From Callorhinchus milii (taxonomy: Eukaryota), in assembly GCF_018977255.1 (NCBI RefSeq), contig NW_024704756.1, forward strand, positions 13,826,001 through 13,890,000: a DNA stretch of 64,000 bases. The letters are read 5' to 3'. A model generated the notes under the pieces. It saw nothing but the letters and a program-made list of their open reading frames with translations. It made no database searches and was not told the origin of the DNA. Below, piece after piece: positions 10,729 through 23,549 of this stretch; positions within the stretch are counted from its first letter, which is position 1; each line of letters begins with the position of its first letter. The translations under genes were made by a program, and so were the position numbers.

Positions 10729-13700
10729 TCATTCTTCACTTTCCTTCTCAGCAAAACTCCTGGAAGCTTCAATCTCCTGCTGGTCCTCACTTTCATCAGG
10801 TGACCTCACACCACCATCGCCAGACTTTGCATTGGTCGGTCCACCTTTGCGGTTCCGTGCTCCAGGCTGATATAACTGCATAGTTGGTCGGTCCTAAAAT
10901 GAAAGGAAGGGCACCGTTATTTTTCTCCCTGTGCATAATTTTCCTGATCTTACTGTTGACTCTAATTTTGTTTCTTCCACATTGTTTCCCCCCCATTTTA
11001 ACACGGTACAAGGTGGAGTCCTCAGTGGTTTCTAGAGCACTCGTGTTGCTAAGCGAGACACCTGGGTTCAATTCCAGGCAGGGCGAAACCTTGGGCAAGT
11101 TTCCTTACTCCACACACCTGATAATAATCCCTCCAAAAAAAAACAATAATTAATTGGTCATTTTCAATCCACGACTGTTTGTGGGACATTGCTGTGTGCA
11201 ATTGGCTGCCGCATTACGCCCACAAATATACGGTCAATTCACTATACAGTCTATTCTGTGAAATGCTTTGAGACGTCGAGAAGATGTAAAAAGCGCTATA
11301 TCAAATGCAAGGATTATTATTCTCTTCTACCTCAAAGTTAATTTTGCTTGTTAGTCAGGTGTAGCTGGTCCCGATTAGCTGCAGTGTTTGCTTACATTGC
11401 AACATTCTCTATAGGACACAATTATTATTTTTCCATATAATAATCCCAATCTTTGAATTGATCAATTTCAGTTCCAACTGTCTCGTGACTCAGGTGAATA
11501 CGTCTTTAGTATGTCAAAGAAATGTGGAGACTTCTTCCCAGTTATCTCGGTTTATATAATCCTGCTAATCCAAAATTATCCCCACATTCAAATGAAATTG
11601 CTGGTCATCTTAGTTGTTTACGGGACATTACTGAGCCAGATCAGCTGTCACATTTGGAGCTATAACAACATTCACTTTCAATTCTAATCGATTATATTTC
11701 GTACAAAATAAACCAAACAAAATTTTTCACAATTAGGAATCCTAAATTTAAGCAATGACTACTCTTGTACAGCTACGATAGACGGGAGTAACTTTACATG
11801 TTATTTGAGGCGGGCATGTAGACTACTGGTACTTATATAGAGGCAGATTTCAGGCATTAACAGATTCTCAGGTAATGTTGAAGCTACATGTAGCAGAATG
11901 CTGTACTTGTACCTTGTTTCTTATTCGTTCTCTCTTTAGGCTATCCTCCTTCTTGTCATCTTTTACTTTCTCAGACTTGTCCACACTTGCAGCAAGGTCC
12001 AGGTTTTCCTTTTTCCTGGCTTTTTCACTTGCTTGATCTTTTTCCTTTTTGACCTCTTCATCTTTCTTTCTGCAAAGTTTGTCTGCTTCACTTCGCTCCC
12101 TCTGTTTTTGCCGTTCTTCCTCCAGGCGTTTCTGCCGTTCCTTCTCTTTCAGTCTTCTCTCTCGTTCCCTTTCCTCTTTATCTCTGTACTCTCTCCCATC
12201 CTTCTCCCTATACTCCCTATACTCTCTCCCATCCTTTTCCCTATACTCTCTCCCATCCTTCTCCCTGTACTCTCTCCCATCCTTCTCCCTGTACTCTCTC
12301 CCATCCTTCTCCCTGTACTCTCTTCCATCTTTTTCCCTGTACTCTCTCCCATCTTTTTCCCTGTATTCTCTCCCATCTTTTTCCCTGTATTCTCTCCCAT
12401 CTTTTTCCCTGTATTCTCTCCCATCTTTTTCCCTGTATTCTCTCCCATCTTTTTCCCTGTATTCTCTCCCATCCTTTTCCCTAAACTCTCTCCCATCTTT
12501 TTCTCTATACTCTCTCCCATCCCTCTCCCTGTACTCTCTATACTCTCTCCCATCCCTATCCCTGTATTCTCTTCCGTCATCTTCAACCCTGTCACATTAA
12601 GACAAAATGTTCAAGGTTCAAAATAGGAAAATATACAGGAGCAGGAACATGAACTACAAAATTGACCAACATCTAGGTCATAGGGTTTGGAAGGAGGATT
12701 CTTCCTTCAAAATGCAAGTTTAACATTCATGTAAAATGTAATTTGTTTCAAGAACAAACTAGATAGATTTCTACTAGACAATATTATCTTGGGATACGGT
12801 ACAGTTTGGCACACAAGTCAAACGACTGCCAGGTTGGTGCAAGACGAACTTGAAGGACCTTGGTCTTCTTTCGCCTAGCAAATTCCTATGTTCTTATATA
12901 GTTGTTGGTAGTGCAGAAAGGAGATATTCCAGTATATCAAGAGATGGTCCTCAGTTCCTAACCGTATGAAAGAAAGGGCGGGTGGTAGCTAGCTTCCCAC
13001 GTGCAGTGAGGAAGGAAGCGAGACTGGCTTTCATTCAAATACAAGACAAATTTACAACAACAACAACTTGCATTTTTATAGCCCTCCACGCCAGGCGGCA
13101 TCCCAGGGCACTTAACAGTTCACAATGCTGAGCCACGGAAAGGAGGAAGGTCTTCAGATGCAACTGGAAAATGGGGAAAGAGGAGGCAAGGCGAAGGGAT
13201 TAAGGAAGGGAATTGCATAGCTTCGGGGCATAGTGGCTGAAGCCATGGCCACCGATAGTGGAGGGGAGGATTCAAGGGACAAGGAGGTGACTGGAGCCAG
13301 TAGAGTGGAGGCAGTGGGTAGTGCTGTTAGGAGAGAGGAGGTTGGAGAGATAGGAAGGTACCAAGGTGTGGAGGAATTTAAACACTAGAGTGAGGATCTT
13401 GAAGTTGATCCGATCTGTAACTGGGAGCCAGTGGTGTTTGGCAGGGACTGAGGTAATCAGGATGCAGGTGAGAATGCGAGCGGTAGAGTTTTGGATGAGT
13501 TAAATTTTGCGAATAGTGGAGGAGGGGAGACCGGCGAGGCAGACAAACTTTACATTTATACAGCTGCCTGTTGGCACCTTCAAAGCAGCATCTTGTAAGC
13601 AACTCGAGGAAAAGTGGGAGACAAATAGCAAATTAAAATTGTGCAAGCAGTGATAAAACAATTCTCAACGGGTACAATTCATAAGCATATATAGGGTTCA

Positions 13701-16700
13701 TTCATTCGACTCAATAGACCTGATAAGATCTTCCTGGAGGATTTCCTCCAGTTTAAAAATGATTATGGTGAAGAGAAGCTACTTGTTCAGCAAATAATGC
13801 ACAGCAAGTTCACTTTAAGTTCAAATTCATTTTTCTTACTTACTTCTTTCCTTTATCTTCTTTGACTGAACTGTCTAGTCGTTTGCCCTGGCCCATAAAC
13901 ATCTTGTCCTCTTTAGCACGCTCTCGATCAAGTTTCTTCAGCCTCTCCTTTGGCTTTTCTGAACTTGGATCGTCCCCTTTGTCTGGCTTTCTCAAAAGCT
14001 ACAGAGAAAGTTTTGTTGTTAAGACGTTTTGTAAATGTTTATCAGAGCGCTCACTCCACAACGCAGCTACTTCAACAGATTTATACACCATCTGAGGGAA
14101 TGCTCTTGGTCTCTCACAGTAACTGAGGCAACAACAAATTGTATTTTTGTAGCACATTTAAGAAGCCGATAGAATGGTTTGAAAGTATTGCAAAGTCACC
14201 CACCAAGGTGTGACTTTTCCTTCCTGCCTGAGAGAGGGATTTAGCTTCAACCCGATGATAAATGGGGGAGGGGAAAGGAAGAGAAACCGATAAAAGTTCA
14301 TCCTCCAAAGACCGGCCTCCATGGTATAGTATGGTGGTGAAGTTCCAATCTAACACTCAGTTGGGCATGGTAGTGGCACATATGGCACTGTATCCCAAGA
14401 TGAATCAACACTTGCAGAAAATAAGTATAAGAAGGAGAAAACATCGGAATTAAAAAAACATTGGAAACAAAATAGTAGGAATTCTATTGGACCTTTATTT
14501 TGGCTTCTTCCTTTGAACGCTCCTTATCTTTGTCATATCCTTTATCTACCATCTTCTTTTGCTTCTCTGCTTCCCTTCTCTTTCGCCTTTCTTCCTCTCT
14601 CCATTTTCTCCTCTCTTCTTCTCTGATTCTTCTCTTTTCCAGCTCCCGTCTCCTCCTTTCTTCTCTTTTCTCTTCTCTTATTCTCTGGGAGAAAACAGCA
14701 CTAACTATTATACCTTTTGGGTAAACACCGAAAAACAGTTACACAAAATAAATCTTAAACCACAGGATTTCAAGACAAATTCCAAAATTACCTGCTTATT
14801 CTTCACGTAGTCTAAGAGAGGTGTGGTTTTCTTAGCAGCTAAAAAAACAAAAAACATTAATTCTTTCCCATTTGTACAACACATTTAGACCTGATCTTTA
14901 CACTTGAGTTCACATAATAACCACAGATGGCCATGGAATATCAGAATTTCGACAATCTTTAGTTACAATATCCACTATTTGTGTCACAAATGGGCCTCTC
15001 TTTTGCTCGTGACACTAAGGAAATAGAGACTCATCTCAGTATTTGGTTTTAAAAATAATGTGTTTCACTTATTAGTTAAAGATAATTTTCGATCTACTAT
15101 CAAATGATCTGATGTGAAAAACACTATATAAATGTAAATTGTATTGTAAAGCCAGCCACAAGGTACCTGCAAGCTCTTTGGTTTTAGCTTCAATTTCCTC
15201 CAGAAGTGTTTCTGGATTAGCTGCAGTCTTTTCCTCTTCTGCATTATTGTAACTCTCTAAAAACTTCTTATATTCAGGATCTGGTCAAAAATAACATAAC
15301 ATAAAAAGGTGCAATTAAGATAAGTTTAGCGAGGTTCTCACAATTTGCACCCCTAGAGAATTCTTCATCTAATTATTAAAACAATAAAAAAACAACCCTG
15401 AGCAGAGGCAGAACAGAAGCAGCAATATCTACAGTGTTCCTTAGTTTGAAGTCAGAAAATTCTGAAGAAGCATTTAATCCAGGAAAAGGACAAAATGTAA
15501 TAGAATAGGCTCAGAGCAACAAGTTAACAACTTAGTTCATTATTAAAATAATATTAAAGTATACCAAGGCATTACTATTAATATAAACGCCATACCATCG
15601 CTGAAGTGTATTTGTTCTGCAGCATCTTCAATAGTTCCGGCTTTTGCATCTTTCTTCTTGCTTTTCTTTTTGGGAATTTTCTGAAATGGAGCAAATTCTA
15701 CTATAGCAGGATATTCTTGACCTATTAGGAAAAACACAACATAGCTGAAACAAATATATAGTCTGCCTCGTTTCGCACACAAAGCTTTACAGTTTATTCT
15801 ATGAAGCGCTTTGAGATGTCTCAACGATGTGATAAGGCTCTATTTCAATGCAAGGATTATTATTATTATTATTTGTTAGTAGAGAGGTAAGTCTCATGAA
15901 TGCGTATCGACATTGTCAAATGGCTTTCAATGTTTACTGGCATGAACGTTAGAAAACTAAAGTAAAAGGGGCAGTGTTACTAAACTGGTACGAACGCTTA
16001 GCAGAGGAAAATATACAGAAAAAAATGTTTGGCAATGTGCGAGAAGCTTATATTTGCAACACTTGAAGCGCCAAAGATAAGTAGTTCTAACAGTGTATGG
16101 TAAAGGAATTCCCTGATTTACATTACCATTGTTAAAATATTCAAAATGATAATCAGAATACACAAAAGGACATAATTCTTACCAGTATATTTTTGAAAAG
16201 CAATAGATATGAAAGATATTCAAAGCACTGCTCCAATGAAACTAACAAAGAAAAATCAAATAGTATATGAAACACTAAGAATTAGCATACCTTTGTTATC
16301 AATGAAAACATAGCCATCAAACTGATCCCTGAAAAGGACGATGTCTTCTTGATTCTTGAAATTGATGTATGCTCTAGAAAATACATGCGGATACAAACTG
16401 GGAAAAGAAAGGGAGATTTTATGTAAAGTCAAATAATTTGAAAACATGTAATCGACCTAAATAGTTTTGTTAAATTGTACGTTATAAAATCTGCAATCAG
16501 GAACTGTGTCATGAGGAGCTGCAGAGAACAGCCTTTTTTCATTAGATATATATCTACCCCTAAAGCTGACAATATAATATGAAGTCAATTTTTGAATAAC
16601 TATATTGGTGGCTATACAAGGCGCTATACAAATGTAATTTTGTTGTTGTTGGGTGCAAATCCCGCACTAGAATACTTTAACATTTTAAGTAAATGATATA

Positions 16701-18498
16701 AAAATCAAATTTATTAATCTTTGCATTTAATGGAGTGCCTTATCATATCAAAACTCAAAGTGTTTAACAGTTCAGTGACTGTTACCGTTGTCAACCGTGA
16801 CAGCAAATTTTAGCACATGTGGCAATGTCCCTATCCGACGACTTTGGCTGGAATTTGGGTGAGGACAGGATTTAGCTAATCTGTCACTTCCTTCAAACCA
16901 TAGTCTTTCAACAATCACTATTTTCCTATAAATGACCACTTGGTTGAGGTACGAGAAGGTGCCTTGCACCCAAGAAAGAGTATGCCAGAATAAGTCAGCA
17001 CTTCAGGAGAGAAAGAAAGCAATCATGGGAAGTCCACGGCAAAAAATATGGGTTTACCAAAACAGCAGAAATGAAGGAGAGCTAAGTAATATGGTCCTGG
17101 AATTTCCATATTTAAAATGGTGTGATTCAATATTAAGATAGGAGTTTCTTACCTTGAATCAGTGGAAAAAAATTCAAAGTAATCATGCTCAGGTAATGGG
17201 GCAAGCTGCTCTTCTAACTGTTCTTTTGTCAGACTAGGAGGCAAACGACGGACCACAACCTTATGNAAAAAAGTCAAAAATTCCTGTCAGCAATATTGCA
17301 TGGATAACCAGCAATTTTAATGTTTCAACAATCAACTGTTAGAATGAGAAATGTATCTGAAAAACTCAATTTATTGAAGAAAAAATTTGATCTCCATGGG
17401 AGGAAGCAAACTGGTTCAGAGAAAAAAATCATAATAAATCCACAATAATCTAGGGCACATGTGATACTGCAGTTGACGACCTCACATCCTCAACCTATAG
17501 CCTATAAAGTAATTAAAATGCAAAATACTGCAGATGCTGGAAACCTGAAACAAAGACAGGAGTCGCTGGGAACACTCAGTATTTCAGACAGCAGCTATGG
17601 AGAAAGGAAAGTGAGCCAACGTCTTGGGTCCACAACCTTTTGATATAGTGCCTTCTCAAAGCTCTTCACAGAGTAGGCTGTGAGTTGAATCTGACTATAT
17701 ATTTTGTCGGCAAAAAGCAGCAGCCAATTGCGCACAGCAGTGTCCCACACACAGTCGTGGATTGAAGTGAGCAAATTGTTTGTATTATAATACCCAGTCA
17801 ACAACAAACAAAAATGGTGCGGTTTACAGATTCCCAGAAAACAAAAACTGGTGTGTGAAACCATAAACTGGCGCAGTGACCCCAAACATTTAGTAACGCT
17901 CCACAAACACAGGTTAGTAGCGGAAGCACAAACAGGAACTTGTACACGAACGAACTGTAAACACTCAGCAGGACGGCTCAGCCCAGCCCGGCTCAGCCCA
18001 GCTCAGCTCAGCTCAGCCCGGCTCAGACCAGCCCGGCTCAGCCCAGCCCGGCTCAGCTCGGCTCAGCTCAGCTCAGCCCGGCTCAGCCCAGCCCGACCCG
18101 GCTCAGCCCAGCCCAGCCCGGCTCAGCCCAGCCCAGCCCAGCCCGGCTCAGCCCAGCCCAGCCCAGCCCGGCTCAGCCCGACCCGGCTCAGCCCAGTCCG
18201 GCTCAGCCCGGCCCGGCTCAGCCCAGCTCGGCCCGGCTCAGCCCAGCCCGGCTCAGCCCAGCCCGGCCCGGCTCAGCCCAGCCCGGCCCGGCTCAGCCCA
18301 GCCCGGCCCAGCCCAGCCCAGCTCAGCTCGGCTCACTGACTTGCACCACACAGCCCTCCCCCCCACCAGGCCGCGTCGTTCCCAGACTGTACAAACCTTA
18401 GTTAAGATCTCTTTCTTTTCTTTCTTCTCAGATTTCTCGTCGAATCTGCTCTCCACTCTCTTCTCCTTGGGTTTGGCGTTCTCCTTGTCCTCCTTCAT
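10729..18498 (-). CDS. UPF3B: Regulator of nonsense transcripts 3B, about 596 aa. Exons 18397-18498, 17153-17259, 16291-16397, 15596-15721, 15167-15280, 14792-14838, 14493-14684, 13844-13998, 11913-12588, 10729-10893
   Basis: RRM-like domain [11 protein letters not shown]...[50 protein letters not shown] motif, EJC-binding motif [18 protein letters not shown]. All introns GT-AG; 1791 nt in frame; synteny favours 3B over 3A. Confidence 0.95.
11013..11321 (+). mobile_element. tRNA-derived Deu-domain SINE, near full length
   Basis: Head GTGGAGTCC..TCAGTGG..AGAGCACTCG..GGTTCAATTCC (Pol III A/B boxes), core TGTGGGACATTGCTGTG..AATTGGCTGCCGC, tail AAAGCGCTATATCAAATGCAAGG(ATT)n. Confidence 0.9.
12183..12577 (-). 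repeat. Coding 24-bp tandem repeat, about 16 copies, encoding DGREYREK within UPF3B exon 11913-12588
   Basis: Plus-strand unit CCCTGTAYTCTCTCCCATCYTTYT counted 16 times, with two extra 9-bp partial units; frame preserved. Confidence 0.95.
13054..13546 (-). mobile_element. L2-clade LINE 3' fragment
   Basis: (AAC)n tail followed by the reverse complement of the L2 ORF2 C-terminal region (similar to 44715-45202). Confidence 0.75.
17975..18335. repeat. Pentamer tandem repeat (GCCCA/GCTCA/GCCCG), about 360 bp, in UPF3B intron 1
   Basis: Near-uninterrupted 5-bp periodicity visible directly. Confidence 0.95.
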
Positions 18499-18787
18499 GG
18501 CGCGCCGTGGCCGTCAGGAAGCCCCTCCGGTCCCCTCCTCCTGTCACTCGCAGCCCTGGTGATGAACGCCTGCGCGGGACTCAGGCAATAGGTTATCGCG
18601 AGGTTTGAACGGGGGGGGGGGGGGGGGGGGGGGGGGGTTCACGCATGCGCAGGAGGCGCCGTTCGTTTGCAGCGGCAGCGGTCCGCGCATGCTCTGTGGG
18701 GGTCGGCGGCCGGCTCCCGGGTCAAAGGCCGAAGCGATCGACAGTCGCCCAAAGTCGCTTCACTCGAAAGGCGAAGACGCCGCCGGG
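18499..18787. promoter_or_regulatory. CpG-rich bidirectional promoter shared by UPF3B and NDUFA1, with NRF1-type motifs
   Basis: Divergent ATGs about 290 bp apart; CGCATGCGCA at ~18642-18651 and GCGCATGC at ~18685-18692. Confidence 0.75.
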
Positions 18788-20241
18788 ATGTGGTACGAGG
18801 TTTTGCCCGGAGTCGCTATCATGTATGGCGCTCTCTGCGTTCCTGGCATTGCCACCTTCTATCTTCACAAGTTGGCGTGCGGTCGGAAGGTGAGCAAGAG
18901 CTCAGCATCGGGGGGTGGGGGTTTTGCTGTGTGAGGCCCTTCACTTGCTTTCGCGGAGGTGACATTGGCACCTGCCTCACAGGGCACCCGTCCATTCCCG
19001 AGCGCTGACAGTGTTCACCGTATATGATGACATGCATTATTCTCAGAGAAGTATGTTAATATTCTGTTTTTTTTTAAAAAAAGTAATGTCCCACAATTTG
19101 CACCGTTGTTTCCTTGTTAGGAGATGAATAAATCGGTCTTTTCTTTCAAACAAACCTTCCCTGAATACTGTAGTATAGTCGGACCTGTTTTCAGCAGCAA
19201 CCTCAGGAGATTGGACCAGAGTGGTCGTTATGTAGGGTGGTCTCTGAGTAAGGGTGTGTTGGTTCGTTGACCGGGCCTGAACGTTTAAAAACTTTCTCCA
19301 GGCAAAATTTCCGTGTGTAGACTCACACTAGACTTAGCACATTTACCTCGCTGTTTCCACTGATATTTAGTTAATATTTTGGAAAATATGTGGTTACTAA
19401 TTTTTTTTAAATTGAGCGCTTACCTAACCATTCCACCAATGTAGCTTGAAGTAGCTGCTGTTTCATATTCACGTTTTAAAAGTTTTATTCTTTATTATGT
19501 CCAGGAAAAAAGGACTGCCCGTTTGCCTTACCAGTGGTCCCTGATGGAAAGAGATCGAAGGTTATCTGGCTCTAATAAGTATTACAAGTCGAAGGTAAAT
19601 AATAATAATCCTTGTATTTGATATAGCACCTTATCCCAGCAACATCCCACAAACAACCATGGAGTGAGTGACCAACTTTATTTGGGGGATTTGTTAACCA
19701 GGACATTGGGAGAAATTCCCTTCTCTTTTCAAATAATGCCATGGGATCTTCAGAGTCCACACGTACAGGCAGACAGGACCTTGGTTTAACGTCTCATCCA
19801 AAGGATGGATGTTTCAGCAGTATGGCACACAAATTTTCAATGTGCTTATTTCAGCCACAACTGCTGCACTTTTAAGAAAAGCATTACTCACAATTTCACA
19901 ATACAGTAGAAAATCATCAAGCAAAATCATTTAATTGGGAATATACAATGTTTAATTTTTCAAATTGGAAGAACAAGAAGCAAGGTGTGAGGAATCTTGT
20001 ATATTTCTCCTCTGAAGATCATCAACAACAACATAATTACATTTGTATAGCTAGCGCCTTTCACACTGAGAGAACATCCCAAGGCGCTGGGATGATCAGA
20101 AGTATATACATGAGATCACCTTGCATACCATAGAAATGTTTTTTTGTACTATTGGTAATTAGTTCTTTTTAATGCTAAAACTCAATTGTCCTACTTAACA
20201 GGAAATTCTTTCATTAACAGGGTTTGGAAAACATCAACTGA
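18788..20241 (+). CDS. NDUFA1: NADH dehydrogenase 1 alpha subcomplex subunit 1 (MWFE), 70 aa. Exons 18788-18889, 19505-19594, 20221-20241
   Basis: [34 protein letters not shown]|[30 protein letters not shown]|GLENIN*; GT-AG introns; AATAAA at 20339. Confidence 0.97.
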
Positions 20242-20904
20242 TGGACTATTTAACCTCAAACAATGGGACCGTAAATTCTAGACAGGATTCTTGCTAAAAC
20301 CTTAGATTTGTTTCCTCTGTGTTTCATAAGGTACATTAAATAAAACTAAATAAGTCTGCTTATCTACTTTATTGTGATCTATGAAGAGAACATTGAATGT
20401 TTTCATGACAATAAAAACAAACTGGCAACATAATAACAACAATTATTATTGTTCAATTATTATTATAAATTACAACAGAGAAAGCAGATACTGTTGCAAA
20501 AGCTTAGAATTCAAAACAACAACTACTTGAATTTATAGAATGCCCTTCATGGAGGACAACATTTTGGAGCTCTGCACAGTTAAACAGATTTGTAGCTTAT
20601 TTTCAAGCTAGAAACACCTGTTAAAATGGTGTTATACATGCTTTCATTTTCCTTAAACTACAGTAGCAAAGAAAAAAATCACAAAGTGAAACTAGGTTGG
20701 ATTTCGATTGATGGGATTTTCCATACCTACAACTTTTGCTGAACCATTTTAGTGTGAAATCATGTTCAACCTATGTGTAATTTAATGATTCATCGTATTG
20801 TAGCAAAAGAGTTACCAAATTAATGGTCCAGAAGAGAACATTGTACTAATGCAATAAATAGAAATATATACATACTCAGATAATTAGTTGTTTGCTATCA
20901 TTCA

Positions 20905-23286
20905 TTACATACCAATATAATTGGATCTGGTCACCAAGTGAAAACATAATGTTACAATCATGATGTTGATTCTATATGTCAGCTTCCCACTACTGCTGAA
21001 ACCACGAACGCAGTTAACCGATGGCCCTAGAGAGAAAATGCATCACTAAGTTTGGATATTTTAAATCTTTATAAATATTTGCCATATGTTTTTCATTACT
21101 TTTTCACTCACCCCTGGGTAAAGGAGGTGATTCCAAAGCCCGCCAGTAGACTGAGAGAAACTGTGCCACCGTTGCCCTGAAATATGAAATGAATTGTGTA
21201 TCATCAATTAATATTGTCAACCGTGATGTAATTTAGTAAGATCTGTAAATTTTACTTTATTTAAAAAAAAATGTATGGCCTCAATTTAATATGTATATGA
21301 CTTCTCAAATGAAATCAAGAAAAGATCATTTCTTGATTAACCCATAACTGCTCTATTTTCAAAGCATTAACAACCTACTCTAACTGTGGATTCTATTGCA
21401 CCCTCAATCTCTGGGCAGTTGATTTAGCACCTTTCAGCTGGTTGCTGCTCACCTGTTGGACTACACTGACCTAAATTATTAGGAGTTCCAAGTCCTTGAA
21501 GCCACAACCTTCTGATTCTGAGGCAAGAGTGCTAACAACTGAGGCAGACTGACACACCAAGGAGATCAACAAAAAATTGCAACATATTCAACCAACAACA
21601 ATTTGCATTTATATAGTGCTCTTCATTCCATCCCTATACTTCAATTTTTCAAGAGAATTTGACTTCAATACATACTCAAATGTAATAGAAGGAATACAAA
21701 GAGTTTCAGGTACTATCCATTCATATGTGCCATTGACAACGGCATTGGAGGCATGCGTGTGAGTAACAGCAGTTCCTTCTTTATTAAAGCACTAGGGGAA
21801 AAAAAAGATTTTTGAGTATATAAATATGTATGCACTGAAATATAGTGGGGGGAATCATTAAATCAAAACTATTATTTACCTTTAAAAGCTTGGAAAATTT
21901 AGGTGGATCCTTCCATCTTCCAAATGTTATTCGAGTGTTAGTCTTTCGAGCTTGTAACATAAATCCTCGGTATCTTCCTCCTATTATTGTAACTGAATAT
22001 AATGTTATGATTAAAATTCTGTTCTCTAAAGTATTTAAAATCTTTCCATACATATCTAATATAGTATTGTTTCATTAATGTATTGCTCTATTGAGCTATT
22101 CATAAACTACCTGTAGTGTTTTCAAAATAAGTAATCACATGAAATACTTAACCTGTTGAGCAGTTATTGTGTACATAATAGTTGATTAATGAATGTTCTT
22201 ATGAGTAAAAAAAAATCTCTAGCTGATTTTCCCCTTTAAATCTGAAGAGCTGCAGTTTGTTTAGCTTTTCCACAAAATGCATTACTCTACCACACCAGTT
22301 AACGTTTGCCAGAAAAGTCCAAAATATTAAATAATAATCCTGGCATCTGCCTGGACTATTCTGAAATGTTTCACAAAGAATTTCTTGACGTGTAATGACG
22401 GCTGTATTTGTAAGCAAACGAGGCACAATTTTTTAATTCAGCAAGATCCTATAGGCATTGATCATCATCATGAACAACAACAACAACAAAACTAGGTTTG
22501 TATAGCGCCTTTCACGTCAGGAGGAAGTCCCAAGGCGCTGGACAGTCAGTGCTTTGGACCCGGGATCGGGGAGAGTGAAGGGCAAGAGGGGGGAAGGAGG
22601 GTGATCAAAAGCACGGTCGAAGAGGAGGGTCTTGAGATGGGTCTTGAGGGTGGGGGTAGAGTGGCTGAAGGCCTGCCCGCCAATGCTGGGGTGGGCGAGG
22701 CGGAGGATGTGAAGCAGACCGGAGCCCGCCGAGCGGAGGGGGTGGGCGGGTTGGTAGGGGGTTAGGAGGTGGCAAGAGGTAAAGGGTGGTGTGTGGGGGG
22801 GGGGGGGGGGGGAAGGAGGCCATGAAGTGAAAGATCAATTGATCCAGACAACGGACTTCTCTTTTTAAATAGTGGCGCGGGATCTTTGCTGTCCGTCTGA
22901 GCCGACAGACTGACGCTATACACATGTCATTTGTTGTTGTTGTTGTTGTTGTCTATCTGGGGACTGTGAGCTTGAAGTGCCCCCCCACCCCACCCCCCAA
23001 AAAAAAAAAGGAGCTCGAAACCCACACACTTCTGCCCTGCCAGGCGGCTGTTGGAAGGAAAAGGTTTGACACCACAACGTATACCATTTACGGTCTTCCC
23101 GGGTATGTAGTGTTTGGCTTCGAATACCACGTCGTATATGCTCTTGTCGGACTGCGGCGGCCACGGGTGGCGAGGCTTCATCTTCTTACAGGCGGACAGA
23201 GGAGCCCCGGTCGCCAAACCGGCGGTCAGGCGGGCCATCTGCAGAATGGCAATGCAGCACAGCGTGAGGCAAAGGCAGACGGACAT
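20905..23286 (-). CDS. Reeler-domain-only secreted protein, copy B, 205 aa. Exons 23085-23286, 21880-21992, 21676-21791, 21112-21176, 20905-21026
   Basis: Signal peptide, then GAPLSACKKMKPRH...YRGFMLQAR...FGRW...C...AVTH...WIVP...FEATVAQ...VYW: the Reeler pattern of FRRS1/defense proteins. All GT-AG; 618 nt in frame. Confidence 0.88.
22472..22850 (-). mobile_element. L2-clade LINE 3' fragment in Reeler-B intron 1
   Basis: (AAC)n tail plus TATAGCGCCTTTCACGTCAGGAGGAAGTCCCAAGGCGCTGGACAG, the reverse complement of the L2 tail at 45130-45200. Confidence 0.75.
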
Positions 23287-23549
23287 TTTTTTTTTTTTTT
23301 TTGGTCGTTGAGAGAGGCGACGCCCCCCCCAAAAAAAAGGGTGGTGGGGTGAGTGAGTGAGTGAGTGAGTGGGTGAGTGGTGGGGGGGAAGGCACGCGCG
23401 CCCGCCACGGAAGAGCTCGAGGGGCGGGAGAGGACGCGCGGCTCTCGGCCGCAGCCGTTAAATTCAAAACCTGCGCGCGAGCACCGCGTTGACGCATGCG
23501 CAGGTGGACCTGCAGCGTGAGGAGGGATGGCCGGGTTTGAGGGGGGGGG

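Noticed and set aside
12033-12626. Plus-strand hydrophobic repeat ORFs ([16 protein letters not shown])
   Set aside because: Antisense translations of the UPF3B coding repeat.
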